A stretch of 64,000 nt of DNA. Origin: Bigelowiella natans CCMP2755 (taxonomy: Eukaryota > Protista > Cercozoa). Location of the stretch: NCBI GenBank assembly GCA_000320545.1, contig ADNK01002094.1:58878-122877 (forward strand), in the 5' to 3' direction. Position 1 is the stretch's first letter. Each line of letters starts with the position of its first letter. The position numbers were made by a program, and so were the translations under genes. The notes beneath the pieces are model-generated. The model had not been told where the DNA came from. It saw only the letters and a program-made list of their open reading frames with translations, and did not search any database. Shown here one piece after another: positions 1 to 12,982 of this stretch.

Positions 1-163
1 CCACAAATGCTATGCGTTGTGCAAAGTAGTCCTTTGTCAGTCGCCTCCCATTCGCAACCTGCGACAACCTTTTTTGATTATTTTACTAAGATTTCTTACT
101 TTCACGGACTGATTGCTTTCATATTCCAAGCGCTGACCTGTTCGTTCTCGCAACGTGAGAAGA

Positions 164-2037
164 ATGGAAACTATCGTAGATACGAGGCGCCTTCGCCATC
201 GTAGAGGAGGAAGAGGAAGAAGGGGAAGAGGGAGAGGGAGGCAACATAACGTAAGAAAGAGAACTATGGAGAGAAAGCTTAAGCGCCTTGAGAAGAAGAA
301 GAAGAAGCACAGTAAGAAAAGAAAACGTGATTTTAACGACGAGGAGAGGGAAGGGAGTAGAGTCGTCGACACCCATGAAAGTAGTAGACTTGAGCAACAT
401 GATTCAGCTAATCGAAATGAAGACAGGGAGAAAAAAATAGAAGAAAATAGACTGCGGCGACGACGATCTGAGAGGGTTGGTACTGTTGCCCGAGACGGCA
501 TGGTAAAAGCAGCAGCAGTGCCAAAAGAAGAACTAGAAGAAATTGAGTATTTGGAGAAGAAACTTGGAGTTGAGTCCCAATCTGGGCGGGACAAATTACG
601 GTTTACAATACTACTACTTACTACTACTACTACCACTGTATTTACTACTACTGATGGTAGTAATGTCATTATTTAATGATGATGATGATGATAATAATGA
701 TGATGATAATGATGGTGATGAGTTTTTCCCTGGTTTATGATGTACATGATGTGTTATTTTATTTAGATGATGATTGTTCTTTTCCTGGCTTGTGATGTAC
801 ATGTGCGAGAAGGATGATCAATTCCCTCCTCCTCTCTTCAGAATACTTGTGTGTATGTACAACAAATATGACTAGTCTCCTCGTCCTCTCCGTAGTGTGA
901 ATTTATGTCTGTTGCAGTCGTGAGCTTGAAGAGATTGGATTAGGGGACATGGATGACTTTCTGAATGGCCTCATCAGCACCAATCTTGGTCGTCGTCGTT
1001 CATTTTCCTTCTTCTTTCATACATCCATTTCATTATTTACTGATGATAATTTCCATCATCTTATAATTTATCCTTCTAGATGCATGCATGCTGCTGCGTA
1101 TTTAAACTTCATGGTATATCAGATGATCCAGATATTACCATTGTTATCAATTAACGACTCACCCAGCAGCGCAACCAACCAATGTGTTAATAGCCTGTTC
1201 TATCTGCCTCCCACCCAACCCACTCTTTTGTAGGAATCAACACCTTTGCAGGAATAGAATCTGAGCAGCACTCTCAAAGAGTGCTACAACGACAACAACA
1301 ACAACAAAAATCAACCAGAGATAGCTATGAGGGCATTACATCCAATGCTTACGAATACGATGATGTTGATTATGAAGAGGGTGATAATATTGATGATGGC
1401 CGACGAAACGATGAGCACCACGGCGCAGTCAATACAGTTGATGGAGAACGCCACTACCATAGTAACAACAATAATGAGGAAGATGATAATGGTGATGCTC
1501 AAGGAGGCAGTAGTGATGAAGCTAGCAAGTATACTCAGGATGATGATGAGGAGGAGGAGGACAATGCTGGCAATCATAATGATGATAAGGACAGCTGCTT
1601 TGATAACAGCGAGGATTCTGATTTTGGTGTGTTCAGTACACCTCATTCCCATCATTCTTCAGTTGCTGCTGCTGCTGCTTCTTCTTCTTCTTCTTCTTCT
1701 TCTTCTAATACATACACTAAAAATAGTAGTTCTACCGCTACCTCATCATCATCATCATCAGCATCATCACTCACCACTGCTGTAGCTGTAAGAAGTGCTG
1801 GTGGTGGCCAAACACAAGCATCTAAGTATGTACCCCCTCATCTGAAACGCCGCCTCCTCAAAAATGATGAATCTGAACTCAGAAGGCAACGGGTAGTAGT
1901 AGTAGTAGTAGTTTTAGTAGTAGTAGTGGTTGTGGTAGTGATGGTAGTGGTAATGATGATGTCAGTAGATCTGTATCGTCTTTGCTAACAGTAGGCGAAT
2001 ATATGGAAAAGTTCATTATAATGACTAATAATTGTAT

Positions 2038-2069
<32 letters not shown>

Positions 2070-2178
2070 TTTGATCATATCCTCGTCCTCCTGCTCCGCC
2101 TATGGCAGACAGCATGTAGTACTTATATTTCTTCTTCTTCTTCTCCCACTAATTCCCATCATCATCATCTCCACCACC

Positions 2179-2209
<31 letters not shown>

Positions 2210-4802
2210 AAACCATCGTTAAACTACTCAGATTCGTCGAGAAGTGAATGGTCTATTGAATAGGCTAAGCTACGACAATATTCAGCCTATTTTCTCGTCT
2301 CTCAAGACGATATACATGGACATTGATTATTCAGCAAATGGATCTCCTTCATCAATTAGCCGTGGTGATCTTACTCAGTTACTCTCGGCTATTATCCTTA
2401 AATCATGTTTGGACTGTGGGCAAACGAGTGTGTTACTATCTGTGGTAGAACCTCAAGCTGCTCTTATCGCTGGTAGCATGCCATTCATATGATGATGATG
2501 ATTATTATTATTATGATCATGATAGATACTTATTCTTATATATGATGTCATCCTTAGTATTATCTAGGTTATACTTATTATTATTGGTATTATTATAACA
2601 AGTCCCTATCCCTATATATTGCTACTAATATTAGGTCTCCACGTGCATCCAAAGATTGGAGATCGCACCAACATTGGTGCTGTTGTTCTAGAAAGCTTCT
2701 GCCTTCGCTTGGATGCTCTCCTCCTCTCACACGGTGCTACTACTACAACTACTACGAAAGAAGAGGGGGGGGAGGGCAAAAGTACTAGACAGCAGCAGCA
2801 TTCCTTGATTAGTGATAAAGGGATCCACAATGTGCTACTTTTTATTACGTGCTTATACAACTTCAAAGTCACGTACTGCGGCCTCATCTACGAGGTGATA
2901 AGGCGCTTGTTGGATCGGATGTTAGGCATAGACGTAGAATTACTTCTTTTATTGCTAGAAAACTGTGGATGGCGACTTCGTAACGATGATCCTGCCGCTT
3001 TGAAAGATATCATCAGACTTACACAGAAGAAAGTTAAACAAAAAAATAGCAATGGCAAGGATGAGGTCACTGGCGGCATAAACACACATAATAAGAATAA
3101 GAATAAGAACAATCAGCCCACTGCTCGCATACGAGTTCTTCTTGATAAGATAATCGATTTGAAGAACAACAAACGTCGCAGGGCTGCAGCAGAGGGCAGG
3201 GACTTAAGGTCGCAACCCTTGAGATCATGGCTCCTTAGCAAACAAACACTCAAGTCATCATCATCAGCAAAAGCTACAAACGAATTACAGGTAGTTGGTC
3301 GTGTTTATGCGGCTCCTACATACACTACTACTACTTACTACGGCTACTAATTACAATTACTAGTAATAGAATGATACGATTATTATTATTATTATTATTA
3401 TTATATGACATGCAGGACAGTAGTGAATAGCATCTCTACTTCATCAATATTGTACCTGTTTACGCAACATCTGTAAGTAGCTTTATCATATGCCCTATTT
3501 TTAAATGTGCCTTCATTATTTTATTCCTCTCTATCATCACTACCATCATCATTATCATTATCATTGTTATCGCTGTTGTTATTGCCATCATTACATTATT
3601 TCATTCATTTATGTTCTTCTTCCTCCCTCATTATCATTTTCTTTCTCTTCTTCTTCTTCGTCTTCTTCTTCTTCTTCTTCCATCAGATTCGTTTTGAGGA
3701 CTTCATCAACATTGAAACTAAGGGACGATGGTGGATTACAGGTGCTGCATGGAGAGGAAAGACAGATGATACAGCTTCTTCTACACAACAGTCACAAGGC
3801 TTGTATTCCAACAGTAGCAGAGCAAGTGCTACATGGGAGAGAGGAGGAGGAGGAGGAGGAGGAGGAGGAGGAGGAGGAAGAAAAACAACAAATGAGAGTA
3901 ATAGCAGTAGCAGCAATCTGATGTATTTAGCAACATCAATGCGAATGAATACCGCATTGAGAAAGAGTATATTCTGCGTCATAATGGGGGCAGATGACTT
4001 TATTGATGCCTATGAGAAGATCGTTAAAATGAGACTTTCAACAATTCAATCTCGAGAGGTGATAAGGGTACTGGTACGATGCTGTTCTTCTGAAGCAGCG
4101 TACAACCCTTACTATGGCTATCTTGCAGGGAAGTTGTGTTCAAATCATAGAAATCACAAATTCACGTTGCAGCTGGTATATTGGGACATGTTTAAACAAT
4201 GGCAGGACAAGGGAGGAGGAGGAGGAGGAGGAGATGATAAAGATGACAAAAACGAGTACCTGATGCAGACAAGAAAAGCAACAAATTTAGGGCTATTACT
4301 TGCACATCTCATCACGAGCTTTTCTACATCTCTTTCAATATTTAAGGTGCTGCTGATCGTAGGTCAATGTTGTATTATTAGCAAGACTGTAACAATGGTG
4401 GTGCTGATGATGATGATGATGATGATGATGATGTCTTCCACGTGATGTGCTATTACTACATGTATTCAAAAGGACCTCATATATACATACATGCAAACAT
4501 ACATATGTAGTACACATAATAGCACTTTGATTCATAATGATTTCAAAGTTAAGGTCCTTACCATTGTTTTGTTGTTCAAACTACTACGAATTTATATTTT
4601 CACTCATGACTTTAAAGATGTAGATGTAGGAGTTTGATATTCATTCGGCCTCAAATACTCATTCTGTCCTTTTCTTCTTCTTCATCTTCTTCTCTTCTTT
4701 TTTCTCATGTTCTATCTGCATGCAGGTGGTTGATTTTAATAAGTTACCAAACGATACCGCTTCTCTCTTCTTCTATACGATCTTTCGGTGAGAATATACA
4801 TG

Positions 4803-4843
<41 letters not shown>

Positions 4844-5670
4844 TCCTTCGGTGACAAGTGGTGTAATGATAAGAAGTACATACTTTGATGAGAGGACAGA
4901 AAAACAAAACAACTACTACTATACAACACTACATATGTAAAAGTCTGGTAATGCGTTTTTGTGGTATAATAGAAATGATTTATCACTATGTTCAAATTGA
5001 TTCAACTTTTATATACCGTTGTTGTTGTTGTTGCTGTTGTTGTGTTTTCCAGGAAAATCATGGACGCAAAAGAAGGTGTGATCGTGTCTGTGTTTGAAAG
5101 GATATCAGGATCGATGGAGCTAGAGCCACTTAGGTATGATTGACCGATTGTTTGTCCAAGTAGTTGCACTAGTATCTAAGTAAATACTAATATCATTCTA
5201 GAGACGGCATTTGGTTCTTCTTCCGACGATATCTTGTCGTAAAAACAAAAGCGGAAAAATCACTTCCACCAGAGGAGAAAAAAATAAAAAAGGTTTGATT
5301 TTGATTCTAGGCCAAAGGACAGACATCGTAGTTATTATTGATGTGGTCCTTCATCATCAAATTATACTAACTTAAGGATCACCATAAATGTCGTACCAAT
5401 CATATTTGTTTTTAAACTGATAACCACTTATGGCTAGTACAAGTTATCGCTGACTTGCACCATGACTCACCTTTACTCATGATTATCATTATCATTAAAA
5501 ACTAACACATTCGTTTTAAAGACTCTTTACGCGTCATCATTTTGACACACATGATGCACATATGTATATCTACAAATGTATATGTGTGGATGGTGTATGT
5601 GTCATAGATTGAAAGGGCTAAACTGAGGAGAAGAATTAAGTTAGCTGTGAAAACAATGAAGCAAAGTTGA
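164..5670 (+). CDS. NOM1: Nucleolar MIF4G/MA3-domain protein (NOM1/Sgd1), multi-exon
   Basis: Basic and acidic N-terminus, then SKYVPPHLK, VNGLLNRLS..NIQPI (MIF4G), LLLENCGWRLRNDDPAALKDII, KGRWWITGAAW, MRMNTALRKSIFCVIMGADDFIDAYEK and EAAYNPYYGYLA..HKFTLQLVYWD (MA3). The last exon reads IERAKLRRRIKLAVKTMKQS*. Confidence 0.9.
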
Positions 5671-5789
5671 AAGCATTCAGTCCAGAAGAATAAAGGTGAC
5701 ATCAGGCGTTAAGTGGTAGTCAATGGGAGGCAGGCAACTTGATTCCAACTATACTCATGTAACACATAATAGTAGCTACTACAAATGGC

Positions 5790-8700
5790 ATACATTTGTC
5801 TAAAGCAGGCTAGCAGGGCCGGATTCTTCGGCTTTTCCTCGACTTTTTTAGTGAATGTGGAGATCATTCTGGTGGAAAGTTTGCAAGAAAAACCAGCACA
5901 CACGAAATAGCGCTAGAATGGCAACTGAAAGTTCGCTCACTGGAGTGAGCATGCGTATGTTGCTCGCAGCTCGCAGGCAAAGAAGCACACAATGCATTGA
6001 TCACAGCTGCGGATTGTTGCGCACAAAAAATCTAGAACTAGAGAAGTGTGCACGCATGCGACACGATGATCGCATGCAATGTGCACGCATCGCATGTGGA
6101 CTTTGTGTGCATGCCACAACTGTGTCAATCCCGGTAACGAGTGGGTTTTGAACAAACTGTGCTTTGCGCGTGCGGCCTGGCGCGCTCAATCGTTGCAATT
6201 GGACATTGGAAGCACACTGGAGCCTGTTTGAGGTTCAAATTTGATTTTTTTTTTTCGAATTTCAGCTTGAAAACCTCATTTTTCAACGCCTGCCAGCGGG
6301 CGAAAATTGAAAAATTCTTGCCACTTTTGAACACGCTGGCACACTTGCATTTGCGTGCCACAAGATTTGCAAGCTCATGAGGGTGTGTGCACACTAGCTT
6401 CATGGACGTGCGAAGTTTCAGCACACGCACGCAAAAAGCACACACCTGGGCGCGCGTGGGCGCGCAGGTGTGTGCTCAATGACCCTCAATTGTGCCATTC
6501 GTTACACATTTGATGCAGTTGTGGCATGTGCGCGCGCGCGTGCGCAATGTCATGCACAATGACGCAATGCGACACACGTGTCATGCACATGCATCATGTC
6601 ACTGCACGTCTAGCTGTGTCCATTGCAAACACAATGGGCAACAGTCAAGCCTTTGACAATGCCAGAACGCTCGTTTGCATGCATCTTTGATTCAATTGCA
6701 AACACTAGAACACCTCACATGCCGTGATCTAGCATTCAATTTTCACAGCAATCAACTTGTCCAGTGCGCTAGATTGCTAGGTAGCTGAAGTAGCAGTTGT
6801 GCGTCTTCCAATTGCATGCAATGATGAACAATGGATTGGGTTGAGGGTCACAACATTGCTGGATTGTCCACAAGCACAAGCACCAGCAGAAACCTGGCGG
6901 TGACACTTCAGCAGATCTAGCTGGGTGCAGTGCGCAGCCATCAAAACCTCGCTCAAATTGCAGAACCGCGGCCTCGTCTTGGAGTCTTCAGTGTGCTCGC
7001 GACAGTCCTAAGCCAAAGCTAGCTAGCCAGCAAAGCGCGCCATTCTCCAAGTGAGGTGAACTTGGAATTTTTGTCACACGATTTTGCAAATTTGTTCATT
7101 GCATGAGGAATCCACTTTGATCATGTTGGGAGACCACCCTTCTAGTCTTCTAGCCTTGCGGGATTCGTCCTTCCTGTCTGTTCTTGCAAATCGAGGCGTT
7201 TTGGCTCAGCAGTGTCGCATCCCGAAGCTAGGAAAAGCAATGATCCCTGATCATGAGGGTTCACCACTGTCTTCAGCTCATCCATGAGGTCCGGGTGAAA
7301 GTTGTCCAATGTTTGTTTTGGTCACCTCTAGATCTGCTGCGTTTGCCTCGAACCGTTGTGTTTTTGTGGTGAGGCTTTGACTTTCATCGCGTTGTCACCA
7401 CGCTTTGACCCCTTGGGAAGACCAGGGGACTAGCTAGACTAGTGGAGGAGGTGAAATTTTCACGTTGGCCGGGTTCCCAGAGTGGCAAAATCGTTGTCAC
7501 CGTCTTCGTGTTTGTGTGCGATTTAGCCAGTGTCGTCAACAGTGCGAAGATCCCACGCACGCCATGGATGCAATCTTCATCGATGCATCTCTACCGTGTG
7601 TCCATGGCCTCATGCAAAGGGCCATGTAGCGTGCGCACGTGTGAACACACGTAGTTTCTACACCTGTTCTCAAGTTCCATTCCTGTGTCTTTTGTCCACC
7701 ACATGTGTCAAATTGGAGCATTCATGCATGTCATTTGTTGACGTGTCACACGCATCTAGACACATCCCACAACACTGAAGCACGCACACAAAGCACACAT
7801 GAGCTCAGTCACATGTGTCCCAGAGAACAGGTGTTCTGAACCCGGGTACGCTCTGTGGCCTAAAAGGGCTACATGTGCACATGCACGTTGGCAGCGTTTG
7901 GGTGTACGTCTTCCGCCTCTACATGACGCAGTGCCTCCATTGGCACCTTTCTCAAGCCCTGGAACATTCCAGCATCGAAAGGCAACCTGCCTCATGAACC
8001 TCTTCAAGTTGCCAATCACAAAGAATTCGCAGGACAACAGGTTGGAGGGGAGTGCTGCTGCCCGCAGCACGGACATGGTCTGCATGTCTAGATGTGTCCG
8101 CGTCCAAGCACGGGCTAGCAGCCAGCTAGCTACGTTTCCCCGCATCGCACTGCCACATCCTAGACGCCTCCGCCCAATGTCAATGTCTCCTACCAACCCA
8201 AACGCGTACGTTGCCACGTACAGCATGCAGGATGACATTGCGTGCGCTGCATCATGCATGCGCAGCTAGCCTAGAGCCTAAACGTGCGTGCATGTGTCAC
8301 ATGTGCAGAGTCTACATGCATTGTGTGCATGCTGCAGGGCTCGTCTGGGCGTACCCACAAATTTGACATGTGACGCTTCCACACGTGTGCGTACCAAAGT
8401 GAACATGTTGTGAAGCACGGGCACAGTGCGCCCGCCAGAGCCCAAATGTGCACGTGTCGTGCACGGAGTCCACACGCACGCGTCATCATGTGCGTGCATC
8501 GCAGGGCTCTGGGCTAGCATGCGCACTGCCTGATCGACCAATCACAGCGTGACACATGCGGCTGCTAGTGTCTGCAGCTTCGCCTTGCTGCAACCTCCAC
8601 TTGCAGCGGTTTCACGCCTGCATGCTGCACACATGTCATGCCACGTGCGCACACGTGCACACAAATGAAACGCTCTGCGTGCACACCACGCACGGCCCCA

Positions 8701-8900
8701 TGGCGCACGTGCCTTGTCGTGCAATCGAAGCTAAGATTAACATGCTACTACTAAGGTCATTGCACACAACTGCTTTATTACATCCGCAGGTCGGTCAGTG
8801 CATGCCAACGTAGATCTAGGGAGCGATTGCCTCATGCTAGCCTGTACGCATAGCGCACCGATCGCACTCATTTTCAGCGTCCACAACATCCTAGTTATCA
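5790..8900. repeat. Island 1: TpA-depleted degenerate transposon debris between convergent genes
   Basis: Abrupt switch to TG/CA/CG-rich, TA-poor sequence. Contains a MITE and NNNN-CTAG-NNNN motifs at 5806, 6034, 6701 and 8084. Confidence 0.8.
6115..6523. mobile_element. MITE family A (CAC...GTG ends, 2-bp TSD; CMC/EnSpm-like, non-autonomous)
   Basis: TIRs cacaactgtgtcaa / ttgatgcagttgtg. gc is duplicated on both sides. Highly similar to the reverse complement of 42179-42608. Confidence 0.88.
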
Positions 8901-9069
8901 TCTCAACGCTTATTTTTACACATAAAATGCCTACATAGGACATATCTTCCTTCCTTCATAGGTGCAACAAGATTTATTAAACTAATAATGTAAATAGAAT
9001 CACGCCCAAGCTTACTCAATACATCAATAGCGGTAGAACATATGATTTGTCATATAAGCAAATAAAAAT

Positions 9070-11348
9070 CTAAATCCTTTCAATGAGACTAAAGTCTAGA
9101 GGGAAACCGAGCAGCCTTCTATGCTCCATATATTCCTCTGGGTTAGGGAAAGCATATGTTTCGGTTCCTACTTTTCCATCCTCAGCCCACCATATGGTAG
9201 CCTCCCCGTTTTTCCCCCAGTAACATCCCTTAACAACCTTAATGTCAGACCCGTCTAGTGGCGCTCCGTGCTTCGCCCTGTGCTCTAAATATTCTCTTGA
9301 ATTTTTAAATGTGACTTCTGCAGGTGGATAAGCAGTTTTTAGATTCCAATGGACATGTGGTAGTTTCTCTGCCCTCCAATAAAATCCCTTTGGTAAAATC
9401 CTTTGAATGAGAGTACCATCCTCAGGAAAACCGAGCAGCTTTCTATGATGCAAATATGTTTGTGCGTTGGGGAAGGCAATTGTCTCGGTTCCTGCTTTTC
9501 CATCCTCAGCCCACCATACGGTATCCTCCCCGTTGTACCCCCAGTAACATCCTTTAACAATCTTAATGTCAGACCAATCTTCTGGCATTCCGTGCTCCGC
9601 CCTGTGCTTCATATATTCTTCTGAACTTTGAAATGTGACTTCTGCAGGTGGATAAGCAGTTTTTTCATTCCAATGGACATGTGGTAGTGTCTCTGCCTTC
9701 CAGTAAAATCCCTTTGATATCCTTTGAATGAGAGTACCATCCTCAGGAAAACCGAGCAGCTTTCTATGATGCAAATATGTTTGTGCGTTGGGGAAGGCAA
9801 TTGTCTCGGTTCCTGCTTTTCCATCCTCAGCCCACCACACGGTATCCTCCCCGTTGTACCCCCAGTAACATCCTTTAACAATCTTAATGTTAGACCCGTC
9901 TAGTGGCGCTCCGTGCGCCCTCCTGTGCACTAAATATTCTCTTGAATTTTTAAATGTGACTTCCGCAGGTGGATAAGCAGTTTTTTCATTCCAATGGACA
10001 TGTACTAGGTTCTCTGCCCTCCAGTAAAATCCCTTCCGCATTTCAACGATTCCTTTCCAGTCTTTCTCGAAACCATGATTGAAACGGTGTTCCATATACT
10101 CTTTCTCATCTTCAAAAGCTACATGTTTGACACCAGGTACCGATTGTGAGAAATAGACTGTGACATCTTCCACGTGCTTCCAATAGCATCCAAATGTTGG
10201 GATATTAATAACCTTAACCGAATCATCTGTCCAACCTTGGTTCTTATAATGAACAATGAAATCGCGTGAATTTAAAAACTTAATATCTGTCTGATCAGGT
10301 TTTCCCGTCATCGACCAGTAGACCCAAGGTGCCTTTCCAATGTTGAAGTAACAGCCCTTAGCAGGTGGTAGTGTGGTTATAGCACTCCAGTCTTTTGGCC
10401 ATCCATTTTGAGCACGATGTTTGAAGTATTCTTCCGGGCTATAAAATTGGACACTACACAACACACACAAGCACAAACACAAATTAGAATGGTGTGATCA
10501 ACTAGAGACAACAAAGGTATATTCTCACTCTTTGGTGCCTGCTTTATCGGCTGCTGAGGCCCAGAAGACCGTTGGAATATCTTCGTATTTCCAGTAGCAT
10601 CCTGCCTTTTCCACCCCCTCGGCTTTGACTTCTGCTTTGACTTCTGCTCCTGATTTGGTGTCGGTGATGGAGGGTTGCACTGCCTGCATTTTTTGCAGAC
10701 GGAGTTGCTCGAGCTGCTGAGCGAGCAGGTCAGCCTAAAGAAGGAAGAAAAGTAACAAGTAGTAGTATCCTGGTTGTCAGCACAGCTGTATTCTTACATC
10801 AAGTACACAGTAAAGAATTTTCAATTCAATTCAGTATTCATCGGAAATCTAAATCTATCCATTCATTTCACCTGTAATTTGGCTCTTTTGTCTGCCTCGG
10901 CCTTTTCTTTGGCAAGTTTCTCTGCTTCGGCTGCGCGACGAGCTGCCTCCCTCTTCTGTCTTTCTTCCAGTAATGCTTGAGCTTTTGCAGCAGCATTTTC
11001 TAGGACCACTTCTGTGTCTTCGTGACATTCCCCAATAATTGCTTCATTGACGGCGCCTATTATATATGATGATGATGATGTGCAAAAGAGAGTGATAAAG
11101 GGGTATTATTTTCTACTACTACTTTTCTATTCAATCCAAAGCTACTATGTATCTATTTTTTTTTACCACTACTTTCCTATTCAATCCAAAGCTACTAGGT
11201 ATCTACTACCTTCCTTCATGTATCGTATGATCAGATTTTTGCCAGATTTGTGGTTATTTAGAGGATCAAATCCAAAATATTGGCTACAATCCATGCCCTT
11301 GGCAAATTTAAGGGTTCCATTGTCAGCCTAGGGTAGAATAGAGAGGGT

Positions 11349-11381
<33 letters not shown>

Positions 11382-12106
11382 GGTTATTTGCTTCATTGAG
11401 CTGCTCCACGATAATGGCAACAACACCCTATGCTCTATACATACCGTAGCCTGAGCTTCAAGTAGCCCGGATACATCAACCGTTGGTACTGATCCATTTC
11501 CGTATGTAGCCTGCACAATGCCCCACTGAGGAGCTTTCAACTCTGGCAGGCCGCCTGTCCCTTCAAAAGTTGCCTTCAAGAGAATTTGGCCAGCCTGCCT
11601 CTTATGACCTTCTTCCTAAAATAAATCGAAGCAACTAAAGTAACCACAGGCAACAGAGGACTGCATCTCCTGCTTTCTTACCTTGAAAAGAGGATACCAC
11701 TTTTCCTCTCCTGGCCAGGACAGGAGAGCAAAGATAGGGAACTTGACAATGCAGATCTCGTCATCAATACCGAAATTGTCGTTCTTCACGATGATTCTGA
11801 TATCCTTCTCGGCCGAATCCTTTGCTTCTATGCTTAACTCCTCATTCCAGACTGGATTCTTGTCACCGTCCTTTGCAGTCTGAGAATGACATAAATCATC
11901 ATCAAAATTTCGCAAACCCGTACTGAAACATTCTGGCTTCTCATTCTGAAACCGTTTGTAAATACCTTAGATTTCGCCTTAGATGAACCGTAGGAGATAC
12001 GAACGTAAGGATCTTGCTTGCCCATCATTTGCTTGCGGGGTATGCCTGCAGCCCTCACGCATGTGATCTTAATGGTTCCGTTCAAGTTTGCAAGGTGGGA
12101 AGACAT
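9070..12106 (-). CDS. C2-domain protein with a central small beta-domain, a coiled coil and about 9 C-terminal ~53-aa aromatic repeats; multi-exon
   Basis: GTIKITCVRAAGI..MGKQDPYVRI..KDGDKNPVWNEEL..IRIIVKNDNFGIDDEI is a C2 domain. The last exon (9070 to ~10454) encodes G[CF]YW..V.W..F..Y..HR..G..D repeats. Confidence 0.85.
9075..10035 (-). repeat. Three coding tandem copies, period 321-324 bp (107-108 aa)
   Basis: The segment encoding KGFYW recurs at about 10021, 9700 and 9378 with high nucleotide identity. Confidence 0.9.
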
Positions 12107-12792
12107 ATTTCTCCAATTCTGTGGAAAGGTATCTTGTCACTACATTTGATCGAATGACTGTGCTCACATGCAACGTGATGTTTATCTTCTACGCGTTTGG
12201 GGGTAGGTAACCTGTATTTTGGTATTTGCGCTAATCGAGATATTTTTGTCGAGCGTTTCAGTAGAATCTTTGTTATAATATTTCATAAAAATATAGTAGT
12301 TACGTTAAAAACGGAATCGTATCCTATCAAGAGACAATTTTATATTATTGTCGAAATGTGCAAAATAGATAATAAAACTTTTTCAAAAATCAAAAACAAA
12401 CTTATTTCGTACGGACCATTCTGAAACTGGAAAATTTCTTCCTTGAATAATTTCAAACGACATCCATTCTTCCTAGTCGCCAAATAAAAACCCTATCCCA
12501 AACGAAAAGTCATAAAGTGAGAAATGATGGACAAATTATTTGAGCGTCATGAGAATTTGGTGCCATGATTAATTAAATAGTAGTGCAGTTCGGCGAATAC
12601 GAGCCCTCTCTTCGGCATTATTATCATCTTCCATCTTTCCATCCATCCATCCATCCATCCATCCATCCATCATTACGAGTGAGGAGGAGGAGAGGGAGGA
12701 GGACCACCACACCCCACACTCTCCGCTTAAGAGAAAATTATCAACAGCAACATCAAGAAGAAGAAGGTAGATTGAGAAAGGAGACCTCCACG

Positions 12793-12941
12793 ATGCGGCC
12801 GCTCACAGAGGAAGAAACAACAACATTCTTTGAAAAGTTGGCTAAGTACATTGGTCGTAACATAAGATTTCTTCTCGACAGAAAGGTGCTATATATTGAT
12901 ATGATTATAACAATACCATAATCTAATGATCGCCTTATCCC

Positions 12942-12982
<41 letters not shown>

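Noticed and set aside
37-669. 210-aa minus-strand ORF
   Set aside because: It is the antisense shadow of the purine-rich first exon of NOM1.
5790-8900. Methyl-CpG deamination or classical fungal RIP as the cause of the TG/CA excess
   Set aside because: CpG is plentiful in the islands and TpA, the RIP product, is the missing dinucleotide.
5855-8943. Many Cys/His-rich ORFs in the islands (also 27300-29700, 41000-43000, 55700-56800, 62600-63860)
   Set aside because: They are artefacts of TA loss, which removes TAA/TAG stops and Tyr codons. They overlap on both strands and show no recognisable domains.
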